64,000 nt of DNA, taken from assembly GCF_000026545.1 (NCBI RefSeq), contig NC_011601.1. One strand, written 5' to 3'. Below, in pieces: positions 12,875 through 23,100 of this stretch. A program made the translations under genes and the position numbers. Source of the DNA: Escherichia coli O127:H6 str. E2348/69 (GTDB lineage Bacteria; Pseudomonadota; Gammaproteobacteria; Enterobacterales; Enterobacteriaceae). The stretch's first letter is position 1; the number at the start of each line of letters is the position of its first letter. The notes under the pieces are model-generated. The model made no database searches, had not been told where the DNA came from, and saw only the letters and a list, made by a program, of their open reading frames with translations.

Positions 12875-14098
12875 TTACATTCCAACCATATTGTTCAGTT
12901 GCAGCATCGGCTCGAGGATGGCGATGACGATAAACAGCACCACGCCCGCCATCATCACCACCAGCGCCGGCTCAAACAGCCCTAACGCCAGCCCCACCTG
13001 GGTATCAAATTCCCGTTCCTGGTTGACCGCGGCCTGTTCAAGCATGGTTTCCAGCTCGCCGCTCTGTTCGCCGGAGGCGATCATGTACAGCATCATCGGC
13101 GGGAACAGGCGCAGATCCGCCAGCGCGGCGCGCAGGCTGCTTCCTTCGCGGACGCGATCTGCCGCCAGCAGCAGTTGTTGCTCGACATAACGATTTGCCG
13201 ACACGGCGGCGGCGGTCTGAATGCCTTCCAGCAGCGGAACACTGCTGGCGGTGAGGATGCTTAATGTGCGGGAAAAACGCGCCGTATTCAGTCCGCGCGC
13301 AACACGCCCCGTCACGGGCAAACGCAGCAAGGTTTTATCCCAGCGCAGGCGCATCGCAGGATTTTTGAGTAGCCGTTGCCCCAGCACCAGAAGCCCCAGC
13401 AAACCCGCCAGCCAGTACACGCCGCTGGTCTGTAACGTGTCGCTCATGGCGATGAGCATTCGGGTGGAGGCAGGCAGCGCGTGTCCGAGATGATCAAACT
13501 GTTCGATAATTTTCGGCACTACTGCCGTCAGCAAAATAGTGACCACGCCCGTTGCCACCACCAGCAGTACCAGCGGGTAGAGCATGGCCTGCAGCAGGCG
13601 TGATTTCAGACGCTGCCGCTGTTCGGTGTAATCCGCCAGGCGATTGAGCACCACATCGAGATGCCCGGATTTTTCTCCGGCGGCGACCATCGAACAAAAC
13701 AGGGAGTCAAAGACGCGGGGATGTTCGCGCAGGCTGTCCGACAGGGTATAACCTTCCTGAATCCGGCTGCGCAGCGCCATTCCGAGGCTTTTTACATGCA
13801 GTTTTTCACTTTGCTCACTGACCGCCTGTAAGCAGGTTTCCAGCGGCATTGCTGCCTGCACCAGCGTTGCCAGTTGGCGCGTGAACAGCGCCAGATCTGC
13901 CGCCGCCACGCGACGATGTGCGTGCCGCCGACGCTGCAACATTCCCCCTGCAGAAGCATTCATCCGGGCTTCAATGTGCACGGGAATGAGGTCTTTACCG
14001 CGCAACAACTGGCGGGCATGACGCGCTGAATCCGCCTCAATCATGCCTTTGGTTTTGCGACCATTACGCTCCAGCGCCTGATAGTAAAACAGTGCCAT
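12875..14098 (-). CDS. gspF: Type II secretion inner-membrane platform protein F
   Basis: 407-aa polytopic GspF/PilC-like protein between gspE and gspG. Confidence 0.85.
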   Translation of the reverse strand: MALFYYQALERNGRKTKGMIEADSARHARQLLRGKDLIPVHIEARMNASAGGMLQRRRHAHRRVAAADLALFTRQLATLVQAAMPLETCLQAVSEQSEKLHVKSLGMALRSRIQEGYTLSDSLREHPRVFDSLFCSMVAAGEKSGHLDVVLNRLADYTEQRQRLKSRLLQAMLYPLVLLVVATGVVTILLTAVVPKIIEQFDHLGHALPASTRMLIAMSDTLQTSGVYWLAGLLGLLVLGQRLLKNPAMRLRWDKTLLRLPVTGRVARGLNTARFSRTLSILTASSVPLLEGIQTAAAVSANRYVEQQLLLAADRVREGSSLRAALADLRLFPPMMLYMIASGEQSGELETMLEQAAVNQEREFDTQVGLALGLFEPALVVMMAGVVLFIVIAILEPMLQLNNMVGM

Positions 14099-15591
14099 TA
14101 CGCCTCCATGGTTACCCGCAGAACTTCATCGAGAGAGGTTTCTCCGGCGAGCACTTTCTCAATGCCGTTACTGCGGATACCTGCGGAGTGTTGCCGGACA
14201 TAACGTTCCAGCTCCAGTTCCCCGGCCTGACGGTGGATCAAATCACGCAATGTGGCGTCCACCACAATCAGTTCATGGATGGCAGTACGTCCGCGAAAAC
14301 CTTTGTGATTACAGGCGGGGCAGCCCTGCGGATGGTACAGCGTGACGGCATGCGCATCGGTAATCCCCAGCAGGCGTTTTTCTTCGTCAGTGGCAGGCGC
14401 GGACTGGCAGCAGTCGGGACACAGCGTGCGAACCAGTCGCTGCGCCATCACGCCCGTCAAACTGGAAGAGAGCAGGAAAGGCTCCACGCCCATATCCTGC
14501 AAACGCGTGATCGCCCCCACCGCCGTGTTGGTATGCAGCGTGGAAAGGACCAGGTGCCCTGTAAGCGATGCCTGGACGGCAATTTCTGCGGTTTCGGTAT
14601 CGCGGATTTCACCGACCATCACCACATCCGGGTCCTGACGCAAAATCGCGCGCAGGCCACGGGCGAAGGTCATGCCGACGCGGGTGTTAACCTGCGTCTG
14701 ACCGATCCCTTCAATCATGTATTCGATAGGGTCTTCAACCGTGAGAATGTTACACGAGTGGTTGTTCAGCTCCTGCAATCCAGCATACAGCGTGGTGCTT
14801 TTGCCGGAACCGGTCGGCCCCGTCACCAGAAAAATGCCGTGCGGTTTGTGTAACAGCTGGCGCAACTGCGCAGTCAGTTCGAGACTTAAACCCAGACGCT
14901 CCAGCGTCAGGCGAGCCTGGTTTTTGTCCAGCAGTCGCAGCACCACGCGCTCGCCCCAGGCGGAGGGCATGGTGGAGACACGCACGTCAATCGCCCGACC
15001 GCCCAGCAGCAGCGCAATACGCCCATCCTGCGGTACGCGCTTTTCGGCAATATCCAGCCGCGCCATCACCTTGATACGCGATACCAGCAGCGAGGCCAGT
15101 TTGCGCCCCGGGCGCAGCATTTCATGTAGTGTGCCGTCAACACGAAAACGGATCACCAGACTCTTTTCAAACGTCTCGATGTGGATATCCGAAGCGCCTT
15201 CTTTAATCGCCTCTGCCAACATGGCGTTGATCAGTTTGATGATTGGCGCATCGTCGTCACTTTCCAGCAGATCTTCCGTTTCCGGTAGTTCTTCTGCGAG
15301 AGTAAAAAAGTCCTCGGCAGAACCGAGATCTTCCATCAGCTGGCGGGCCTCGGAAGAGTCCCGCTGCCAGACCGCATTCAGCCGCTGTTCAAATTCGGCC
15401 TCGTCGATTTGCCGCAGCGTAAAGGGCGCGTTCAGCCCCCGCTGCAACTCCTGCAAGACAGAGAGCGACAACGGGTGGACGTGGAGGATCTCCAGCGACG
15501 CTTCGCACCATGCCACCAGGCTAAACCGACGGCTGAAACTGTAGGGCAGACGCACGGTGTTAGCGGTGGTTTCCTGTGCTACAGGCACCAT
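14098..15591 (-). CDS. gspE: Type II secretion ATPase E
   Basis: 497 aa with Walker [11 protein letters not shown] and C-terminal tetracysteine (CPDC ... CPAC) typical of GspE. Confidence 0.9.
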   Translation of the reverse strand: MVPVAQETTANTVRLPYSFSRRFSLVAWCEASLEILHVHPLSLSVLQELQRGLNAPFTLRQIDEAEFEQRLNAVWQRDSSEARQLMEDLGSAEDFFTLAEELPETEDLLESDDDAPIIKLINAMLAEAIKEGASDIHIETFEKSLVIRFRVDGTLHEMLRPGRKLASLLVSRIKVMARLDIAEKRVPQDGRIALLLGGRAIDVRVSTMPSAWGERVVLRLLDKNQARLTLERLGLSLELTAQLRQLLHKPHGIFLVTGPTGSGKSTTLYAGLQELNNHSCNILTVEDPIEYMIEGIGQTQVNTRVGMTFARGLRAILRQDPDVVMVGEIRDTETAEIAVQASLTGHLVLSTLHTNTAVGAITRLQDMGVEPFLLSSSLTGVMAQRLVRTLCPDCCQSAPATDEEKRLLGITDAHAVTLYHPQGCPACNHKGFRGRTAIHELIVVDATLRDLIHRQAGELELERYVRQHSAGIRSNGIEKVLAGETSLDEVLRVTMEA

Positions 15592-17651
15592 TAACGCGTT
15601 CTCCCGGCATTGAGGAACGCGCGTACTTCCGGCGGTAAGGCCTGATTTTGCGCTGGCAATATCGGCTGCGCGGTGTGCGGCATCAGGCTTAAGCCTTGCT
15701 CATCGCGGTAGATTTGCTCGGCGCGCATGTAGTTATATTTGCGCTGCGACACGCCGTCTGCCGCCATACCGTCACGCAGAATGGTCGGACGGATAAACAC
15801 CATCAGGTTACGTTTTTCTTTTTTATCCGCCGTCGATTTAAACAGGTTACCAATCAATGGGATATCGCCCAGCAGCGGCACTTTCGCCACGCTTTCTCCC
15901 GCCTGGTCGTCCATCAGACCGCCAAGCACGATCAGCTCACCATCGTTAGCCAGCACGGTGGTTTTCAGTTTGCGCTCGCCAAACACGACATCGAGACTGG
16001 TCTGCCCTTCCACTTTCGAGACTTCCTGCTCAATCACCATCTGTACCGCGTTACCTTCGTTAATCTGCGGCGTGACTTTCAGCATGATGCCGACTTTTTT
16101 CCTCTCTACCGTATTGAAAGGATTGCTGTTATTGGAACCAACGGTAGAGCCGGTTAATACCGGAACGTCCTGGCCCACCATGAAGAAGGCTTCCTGGTTG
16201 TCCAGCGTGGTGATACTCGGCGTGGAAAGCACGTTCGAGCTGGAGTCGTTTTTGACCGCCTGTACCAGCGCCATCCAGTCGCCTTTCACCACGCCAACCG
16301 CCGTACCGCTAAAGCCAGAAAGAAGCTGAGCGAGCGTGGAGAGATCGCCGTTAGTATCCGGATTTATGGTGGTAGCACCGTTTTCGCTGATCACCGTGGA
16401 ACCTTTCTGCGGCTTGGCTGCAGAAATCGCTGCCCCCAGCGTACCAATAGGGATTTGCGTACCGTTGGCAAACTGCATTAATCCGGCATCTTTTGACCCC
16501 CACTGCACGCCGAAGTTGATATTGCTGCCTTCGGCAACTTCCACGATTAACGCCTCGACATGCACCTGAGCACGGCGAATATCCAGTTGTTCAATCACGC
16601 TTTGCAGCGACTGCATGATGTCCTGCGGCGCGGTAACAATCAGGGCATTACTGTGTTTGCTGGCGGCGATGGAGACAACCTCACGCCCGCTACCAACCGT
16701 GCCTTCCGCCTCTTCTTTAGCCGCCGTGAGCGTACCGCTGACCTGCTTCAGCACATCGACCAGATCTTCGGCTTTGCTGTATTTGAGATAGAACACCTGG
16801 CTGTTGCCGCTGCGCTCCATTTCTGAATCCAGCCGACGGATCAGACGGCGCATTTTGTCTCGCGTGGCGGGGTCACCACTGACAATCACGCTGTTGGTGC
16901 GTTCATCGGCGACAATTTGAGATTTCAGCGTTGCTGGCTGGTTCTCGCCGCTGTTTTTGGTCAGGCTTTCCAGCACGCGGGCAATTTCCGAGGCTGAGGC
17001 GTTATCCAGCGGGATCACCTCTTCGGTGCGATTACCCGCGTGATCCACGCGCTGGATCACTTCCGTCAGGCGCTCCACAACTGAGGCGCGTCCGGTAAGC
17101 ATAATCACGTTGGAGGGATCGTAATTAACAACGTTGCCTGAGCCTGCGCTGTCAATCATCTGGCGCAGAATCGGTGCCAGCTCGCGTACCGACACATTAC
17201 GTACCGGCACGACTTTGGTGACCATTTCATCGCCCGCGTAGTTGTCGCTGCCTTCACCGACCAGCGGCAGCGGCTCGACTTTCGCGGCGCTTGATTTCAC
17301 CACCTTCAGCACGTCGTTTTCCATCGGTACGACCGCATACCCCTGTGCTTCCAGCAGGTTAAGGAATAGCTGGTAATACTGGCGTTCATTGAGTGGGGTC
17401 ATGGTACGAATACTCACTTTCCCCTGTACGCCCGGCCCCATAATGATGGTTTTATTAAGGTTAGCGCCGACGGTTTCGATGAACGATTTCAGGTCGGTAT
17501 CTTTAAAATTAGCGGTGAAAGTGGCTTCTTCCGCCCAGACCGGTGAACTACACAATGCCGCTGCCAGCATCAGCGGCAGTAAACGCTTTTTTGTTTTGAG
17601 GCCAGTTGTCTTCTTACGCCAGATAGACAACGTCATATCACGCCAAAACAC
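15591..17651 (-). CDS. gspD: Type II secretion outer-membrane secretin D
   Basis: 686-aa secretin-sized ORF with a signal peptide, downstream of gspC. Confidence 0.85.
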   Translation of the reverse strand: MFWRDMTLSIWRKKTTGLKTKKRLLPLMLAAALCSSPVWAEEATFTANFKDTDLKSFIETVGANLNKTIIMGPGVQGKVSIRTMTPLNERQYYQLFLNLLEAQGYAVVPMENDVLKVVKSSAAKVEPLPLVGEGSDNYAGDEMVTKVVPVRNVSVRELAPILRQMIDSAGSGNVVNYDPSNVIMLTGRASVVERLTEVIQRVDHAGNRTEEVIPLDNASASEIARVLESLTKNSGENQPATLKSQIVADERTNSVIVSGDPATRDKMRRLIRRLDSEMERSGNSQVFYLKYSKAEDLVDVLKQVSGTLTAAKEEAEGTVGSGREVVSIAASKHSNALIVTAPQDIMQSLQSVIEQLDIRRAQVHVEALIVEVAEGSNINFGVQWGSKDAGLMQFANGTQIPIGTLGAAISAAKPQKGSTVISENGATTINPDTNGDLSTLAQLLSGFSGTAVGVVKGDWMALVQAVKNDSSSNVLSTPSITTLDNQEAFFMVGQDVPVLTGSTVGSNNSNPFNTVERKKVGIMLKVTPQINEGNAVQMVIEQEVSKVEGQTSLDVVFGERKLKTTVLANDGELIVLGGLMDDQAGESVAKVPLLGDIPLIGNLFKSTADKKEKRNLMVFIRPTILRDGMAADGVSQRKYNYMRAEQIYRDEQGLSLMPHTAQPILPAQNQALPPEVRAFLNAGRTR

Positions 17652-17680
17652 GATGAATGATTCTCCTGGATTAAATGCGG

Positions 17681-18640
17681 TTAGCGCAGTGCGATGGAAA
17701 TGTCGTAGAGCGCACCCTTGCGTAAAACCGTAAGTTGAATGGAATCCATTGAAGGTAACTGCCGCATCAGAGCAATCATTGCTCGTGGATCAGTGAAATC
17801 CTGCTGATTTAGCGCAATGGCGATATCGCCTTCCCTGAAACCGCTGGCATCGAACAGAGAACGATCTGCCCCCGGCTTCACTGCATAACCGACAATTCCC
17901 TCCTTACGCACAGGCGTAAGCTGGATATAGTTAAAAATTTTCTGCGGATCTTTCGCCAGTGCCTGACGCACGGCAGCCGGGATCTCCACTGGCGCACTGA
18001 CGACAGGTTCAGCAACAGCTTGCTTTGCTTCGTCGCTGGCGGCTTTTTTGCTGGTCACCGCCACAGGGGGGCGTTCCTCCTCTGCCAGACTCAGACGTTC
18101 CATTTTCCCCTGATAGCGCAGCATCACATGGTCGCGGTTGATTTCCTCAATCACTGCGTTGTGAGAGCCAAGCCGTTCACCCTGCAAATAGACCTGCTGT
18201 TTGCCGCCTTCTTCAATAACCGCGCCGGGTCTGGCACCAAAGGCGATCCCACGCAGCACCACATTAAGACGCGTTTCTGCCACAGGCGCAGATTCAGGTT
18301 GTTTTATCGGTGCGGCGACGGGTTGATATTTGCCAAACCAGTTTTGTTGGCTGACTAATTGCACGTCATTTTTATCGAACGGTTTTGCATCCGCACGGAG
18401 CGGTTTATTCGCCGATGAGGAAACCGCCGTATATTCCGCAGAAAAGGAGAAATAGCGCCAGAGTGAATACGCCATTTTTGCAGAAATAATAAGCAGCATC
18501 AGCCAGAACATCGCGCGTGCAATTTTGCGCAGATGCTCTTTGTCTGTATTAAGAGATTGTCTCTGGCTAAGAGTGTGACGAATTTTTGTCAGCAACTGAA
18601 TGAGATAAATTCGTACGTCACGAAAAACAACCCGCGCCAA
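17681..18640 (-). CDS. gspC: Type II secretion protein C
   Basis: 319-aa bitopic protein, TTG start, first gsp structural gene; corresponds to K-12 yghF by position. Confidence 0.75.
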   Translation of the reverse strand: MARVVFRDVRIYLIQLLTKIRHTLSQRQSLNTDKEHLRKIARAMFWLMLLIISAKMAYSLWRYFSFSAEYTAVSSSANKPLRADAKPFDKNDVQLVSQQNWFGKYQPVAAPIKQPESAPVAETRLNVVLRGIAFGARPGAVIEEGGKQQVYLQGERLGSHNAVIEEINRDHVMLRYQGKMERLSLAEEERPPVAVTSKKAASDEAKQAVAEPVVSAPVEIPAAVRQALAKDPQKIFNYIQLTPVRKEGIVGYAVKPGADRSLFDASGFREGDIAIALNQQDFTDPRAMIALMRQLPSMDSIQLTVLRKGALYDISIALR

Positions 18641-18657
18641 TTTATATCTACCCGACG

Positions 18658-19068
18658 TTATGCTTTGACTATTCCACAGGTGGTACGATCCAGTTTCCGC
18701 TGATACTGGTTACCTGTACGTGTATCATTAATCGTTATGCTGTAATTAATTCCCTCGGTGATCATTAATTTCACCGTTGGGTCAGCGCACATTTGTCGTT
18801 GATAGCTGGTTAAAAAGGCATCAGGCGTCTGCGTGGTCTGAGCACCCGCTTCGCTGATAATGGTCATTTTTACCGTCGTGCCGCTACTTTGCGCCAGCAC
18901 TAAGGTATATCCCGCAGATTTAATCGGCAGGTTTTGGCTGATATTTTGCGCCTGTTTTTTCGCCAGTAAACTGGCATTTTCATTATGGCTGGCACAGCCA
19001 CTTAATAATCCTGTAACGCTCAACAATAGCGATATTAATACCCTCCCTGGCATTTGTTTTATCGACAT
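18658..19068 (-). CDS. yghG: Small lipoprotein YghG, probable secretin pilotin
   Basis: 136 aa with lipobox LLSG-C after a signal peptide. Confidence 0.75.
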   Translation of the reverse strand: MSIKQMPGRVLISLLLSVTGLLSGCASHNENASLLAKKQAQNISQNLPIKSAGYTLVLAQSSGTTVKMTIISEAGAQTTQTPDAFLTSYQRQMCADPTVKLMITEGINYSITINDTRTGNQYQRKLDRTTCGIVKA

Positions 19069-19133
19069 GGTAAATAATCTCTAAGGTTATTAATAAGAGT
19101 AAAAATGTCACTTCGATAATGACGTGGTTATCA

Positions 19134-19943
19134 TTAAAACAATGCCTGTAGATAAAGTGTTGCTATACCGCCCAGACTTAAACACGGTCCAAAAGGCAGT
19201 GTGGTTGATCCTCTTTTTGTAATAACGGCATATATCAGGCCGCAGCATGAGGCGATTAAAGCAACATTGGGCAGTGATAACGCCCCCACCCAGCCACCTA
19301 AAGCGGCGAAGAGTAATACATCGCCCATGCCTAATGCTTCTTTACGCAGAACTATTCCGGCTATCCAGCGCAGGGAGTAAAAAGTGATAAATCCCACCAG
19401 TACGCCGGTGACTGCGTCTTGTAGCGTGAGCGGACTCTGCTGCGCCCATGCCGCAATTAGTCCCGTCCACAATACGCCCTGAGTAAAAACATCGGGCAGC
19501 CATTGGTTATCGAGGTCAATGACGCTCGCGGCAATCAGCCACGCGGATAATATCATCACCGCCAGTCCCCATCCACTTTCTGGCCACACCAGACTCGCCA
19601 GCAAAAAAGCGAGTGCTGTCAATAATTCCACCAGCGGATAACGCTTGCTGATTTTCGCCTGACAGTCACGGCAGCGCCCTTTGAGCATCAGCCAGGAGAG
19701 CAGCGGAATGTTGTCACGAACGCGGATGGTCTGCTGACAATGCGGACAATGCGAGCGTGGCAGCGCCAGGCTTATTTTTAGCTGCGTGCTCGGCGTTTCA
19801 CCGTGAAACTCCGCCATTTGTTGGCGAAGCATGATAGGGTAACGCCAGATCACCACATTCAAAAAACTGCCGATAATCAATCCTCCGACGGTTGCCAGGA
19901 CAGGCATCGCAGCAGGATATTGCTGAAAAACATCAAAAAGCAT
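19134..19943 (-). CDS. pppA: Prepilin peptidase / N-methyltransferase
   Basis: 269-aa polytopic protein with tetracysteine (CPHCQ ... CRDCQ) characteristic of type IV prepilin peptidases. Confidence 0.85.
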   Translation of the reverse strand: MLFDVFQQYPAAMPVLATVGGLIIGSFLNVVIWRYPIMLRQQMAEFHGETPSTQLKISLALPRSHCPHCQQTIRVRDNIPLLSWLMLKGRCRDCQAKISKRYPLVELLTALAFLLASLVWPESGWGLAVMILSAWLIAASVIDLDNQWLPDVFTQGVLWTGLIAAWAQQSPLTLQDAVTGVLVGFITFYSLRWIAGIVLRKEALGMGDVLLFAALGGWVGALSLPNVALIASCCGLIYAVITKRGSTTLPFGPCLSLGGIATLYLQALF

Positions 19944-19968
19944 GGTTAAAGGTTATTTGTTGTAACTT

Positions 19969-20136
19969 GCCGGATGCGGCGTGAACGCCTTATCCGGCCT
20001 ACAGGTGTCTGCTAACGCAAGTAATCGCGGCTTCTTCCCTCCAGGCCCGATAAGCTGGCGCATCGGGCATATATGTTGACCCGGTGCGCCTTATTTCATG
20101 CCGGATGCGGCGTGAACGCCTTATCCGGCCTACAGG
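19969..20136. repeat. REP/BIME cluster (two same-orientation REP copies plus a spacer)
   Basis: GCCGGATGCGGCGTGAACGCCTTATCCGGCCTACAGG occurs at 19969-20005 and 20100-20136. Confidence 0.8.
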
Positions 20137-20137
20137 C

Positions 20138-23100
20138 TTATTCGGCTGGCATCGAATACTCGGTAACCTTATTAATGGTTTCCGGCCCTTTTTCCGGTTT
20201 CGACAGGTGCATCGCCGCGAGCGTGTTGTAAGCCGACTGGCTCACTCCGCCTTCGAAGCTCATCTCACTTGCCCCCGGAAGCTGGTAAGCATTTGCGCCC
20301 GGATTCCATTTCTTAAAGAATTCCGAAAGATCCGCCTGAGCGACCCAGGATGCACACAGCATCAGCGTGTCCGCTGCGTTACCGTTTGACTCAGCACAGT
20401 AATTTCTGCCGCCAAACTTGTCATTGCTGACATCATCGCCGCGCGCTTTACGGTGCATCAACTGGAACAGGTTCCAGCCCTTCATCCCTTTACGATCGCT
20501 GTAGAACTTAGGCAGCTCACCATCTGGATACCACTGTTTGATATCAAAGTTTTCCTCTGCCCACTCCTTCAACTGTGCGTACATCAGCAGACGGTCACCC
20601 GCACCGCCGCGCGCCCAGGCCTGACCGTTGCTCTCGTCCAGATATTCCGGCGCGACGGTAATGTCGTCAGCGACACGGTTCATCTTACCGAGATAGCGAT
20701 CCTGCATGTACAGCGCCAGCACGTTGTTCGCCACTTCAGTTGCACCCGGTACGTTCAGCGGTGTTTCTGCAGCGTTATGACCGACTTCGTGCCAGATCAA
20801 CCAGTCGTTCAGCGGCGTCGTCGGCAGCGTGGTGCTGTTCGTCGAGAAGCTGCTGTTCATTACCGGATAACCCGAGTGCGCATCACCGATGGAGATCTGC
20901 ACATCGTTGGCGAAACGATGCTTGTGACCTGTCAATGCCTTATAGGTAAACATCCGGTGGTTACCACTTTCGCCATCACGACCGTAGAAGTCATTCATCG
21001 AGCTGGCAAAGGTATCCAGTTCTTTAGCGAATTCTGCTACGCCGTCAGTGTAATTACTGTAATTGCTGGCGTTCAGGTTGTTCTTCGGTGCAGTGTAGAC
21101 GAAAGAATCTGACTCCAGCTCACCCAACGGCGCAGGGGAGTTCAGAGCGTTTTTCCATTCGCCGTCTTTATAGAACGGCGCTTTTACCACACCAGTAAAG
21201 GTGAATTCGGCTGACTCATTCTTTGGGCTGTTGCCCTTGATATAAATCAGACCACCGTAAGGCACCTTGAAGGTCACCTTATCATTGGCTTTCAGATCAT
21301 AGGTTTTCGTCACTTTTGGCGGACGGTTCAGCGCGACTTCATGCTTCTCGCGTCCGGTCAGATCGTCGGCCAGCGCCACGGTGACAGTCACAGGAACTGA
21401 TGCAGTAGACTCAATGGTGACCTCTTGCTGAGCCGGAGCCCACAGGCCAGTAGACTGCATGTTACCCGCAAACCATTTGGTCGGATTCGAGTACAGGCTG
21501 ATGGTTTCAGTAACCTTCTCACCTTCTGCCGATACCGCTCCCGGATACTTCTCGACATCAACTTTGATGTTCAGATCCCACCAGGAACGGCCCAGCATCA
21601 GGCGCGTCAGCGGTTTTTCCATATAGTTGAGCGGATAGCTCGGGTTCATCATGCCTGCTTTGCTGCTACCGTCACCGTAGATCATGTTGTTATCGACAAG
21701 CGATTTTTTCAGATCTGCAGAACACTGCGTGCCTTCGCTATAGGCATTGTTGGCGTAGCAATTCAGGAACTCAGTGAACGTTTTAAAGCCCAGCTCGTCA
21801 TCCTTGTCGTTTTCATAGCGATATTCAATTTTATTCCACAACCAGACCGACATGTTCTGGTACAGACGTTCCAGATCGACGCTGCTCAGACGCTCACCTT
21901 TGCGACCATTGGTCCGGAAGTAGAGCTCATGCTGATACAGACGCTGAATGTTGGTGCCTAAATCCGCAGCCTGCACCATCGCTTTTGCCGTGTCGGCGTC
22001 AAGATTCAGTTGCGTATAGCGCGGAACATACATGCCACCTGTTACCGGAACATCCGTGCCTGGGCGGCGCTCCAAACAGTTAATCTCGTAATGGTAAGTC
22101 GAGTCCTTACACTCCTGTAACCCAGGAAACTTCTCAAAGATTTTTGCCTTTGCCGCTTCCAGAGATTCTTCTGTTGAATGCTCTGCCTCATCAATAAAGG
22201 CATAACGCGTTACCTGCTTACCATCAACGTCTTCCTGCCAGCTAGCAACTTCCAGTTTCGGTTTATCATCAGGCTTGCCTTCTTCCTGATATTTCCAGGT
22301 CACCTTCCCGGTATCGGGATCGATGGTATATGGCGGCTGAGCACTATCTACGGCAGGATAGCGTTCATAAACCCAGATACCTTTTTCACGTTGCTGGCGA
22401 ACGCGGTTTGGGTACCCCTGCGGATCGGTATTCACCACGGACTTGTTCAGCGCCATTGACAGACCCGCGGCATCCAACAGACGCACAAAGCCAGACGCAC
22501 TCTCTTCCTTAAGGTTGCTCATCACGTTTTCCATGATCAGCACCGATCCACCTTTGTTCAGATAGGCGATCAGATCGGTCACATCCTGCTGAGTCAGCTT
22601 CGGTTTGCTGGTATCTGCACGCAGCGGGATTGCATAAGGATCGTTACCAACCTGAGTCACATACTCAAAGCCGTTGAGGATCAGCAGCGGCATTTCCTGC
22701 GGGTCGAGATCGCCATAGCTACTTAAATGCTCAACAGAGATACCCGCAAAATCCGGATGAAAGCCGAACTCAGCGCTGTTTCCTGTAACCTGACCATGAC
22801 GTTTGAAATAGACAGTATCCAGGTTGGTGCCTACGGTCATGCTGGCTTTCGCGTCCGGCGTCCATTTATCGTCGGACAGATAGCGCAGTACGTTCTGCAT
22901 GAAGTGCTTCATGTCATCTGAATCACCGCTGAGCGTACACTGCCCGTCTTTATTAACGCCCCCGTTCCAGCTGTAACCGTTCGGACAACGCAAAATGCTG
23001 TTGTAGTGCGGGTTACCGATAACCATCAGTTTGCCCTCACCGACTTGCCCCAGCGAAATAAACGGCAGGTTGAAGGTGGCGGTATCGCGCGTAACGTTCT

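Noticed and set aside
14092-15544. Long plus-strand ORFs (253 aa and 275 aa) antisense to gspE
   Set aside because: They lie entirely inside the well-supported gspE coding region on the opposite strand, have low-complexity Ser/Arg-rich translations and no ribosome-binding context; typical shadow ORFs of a GC-rich gene.
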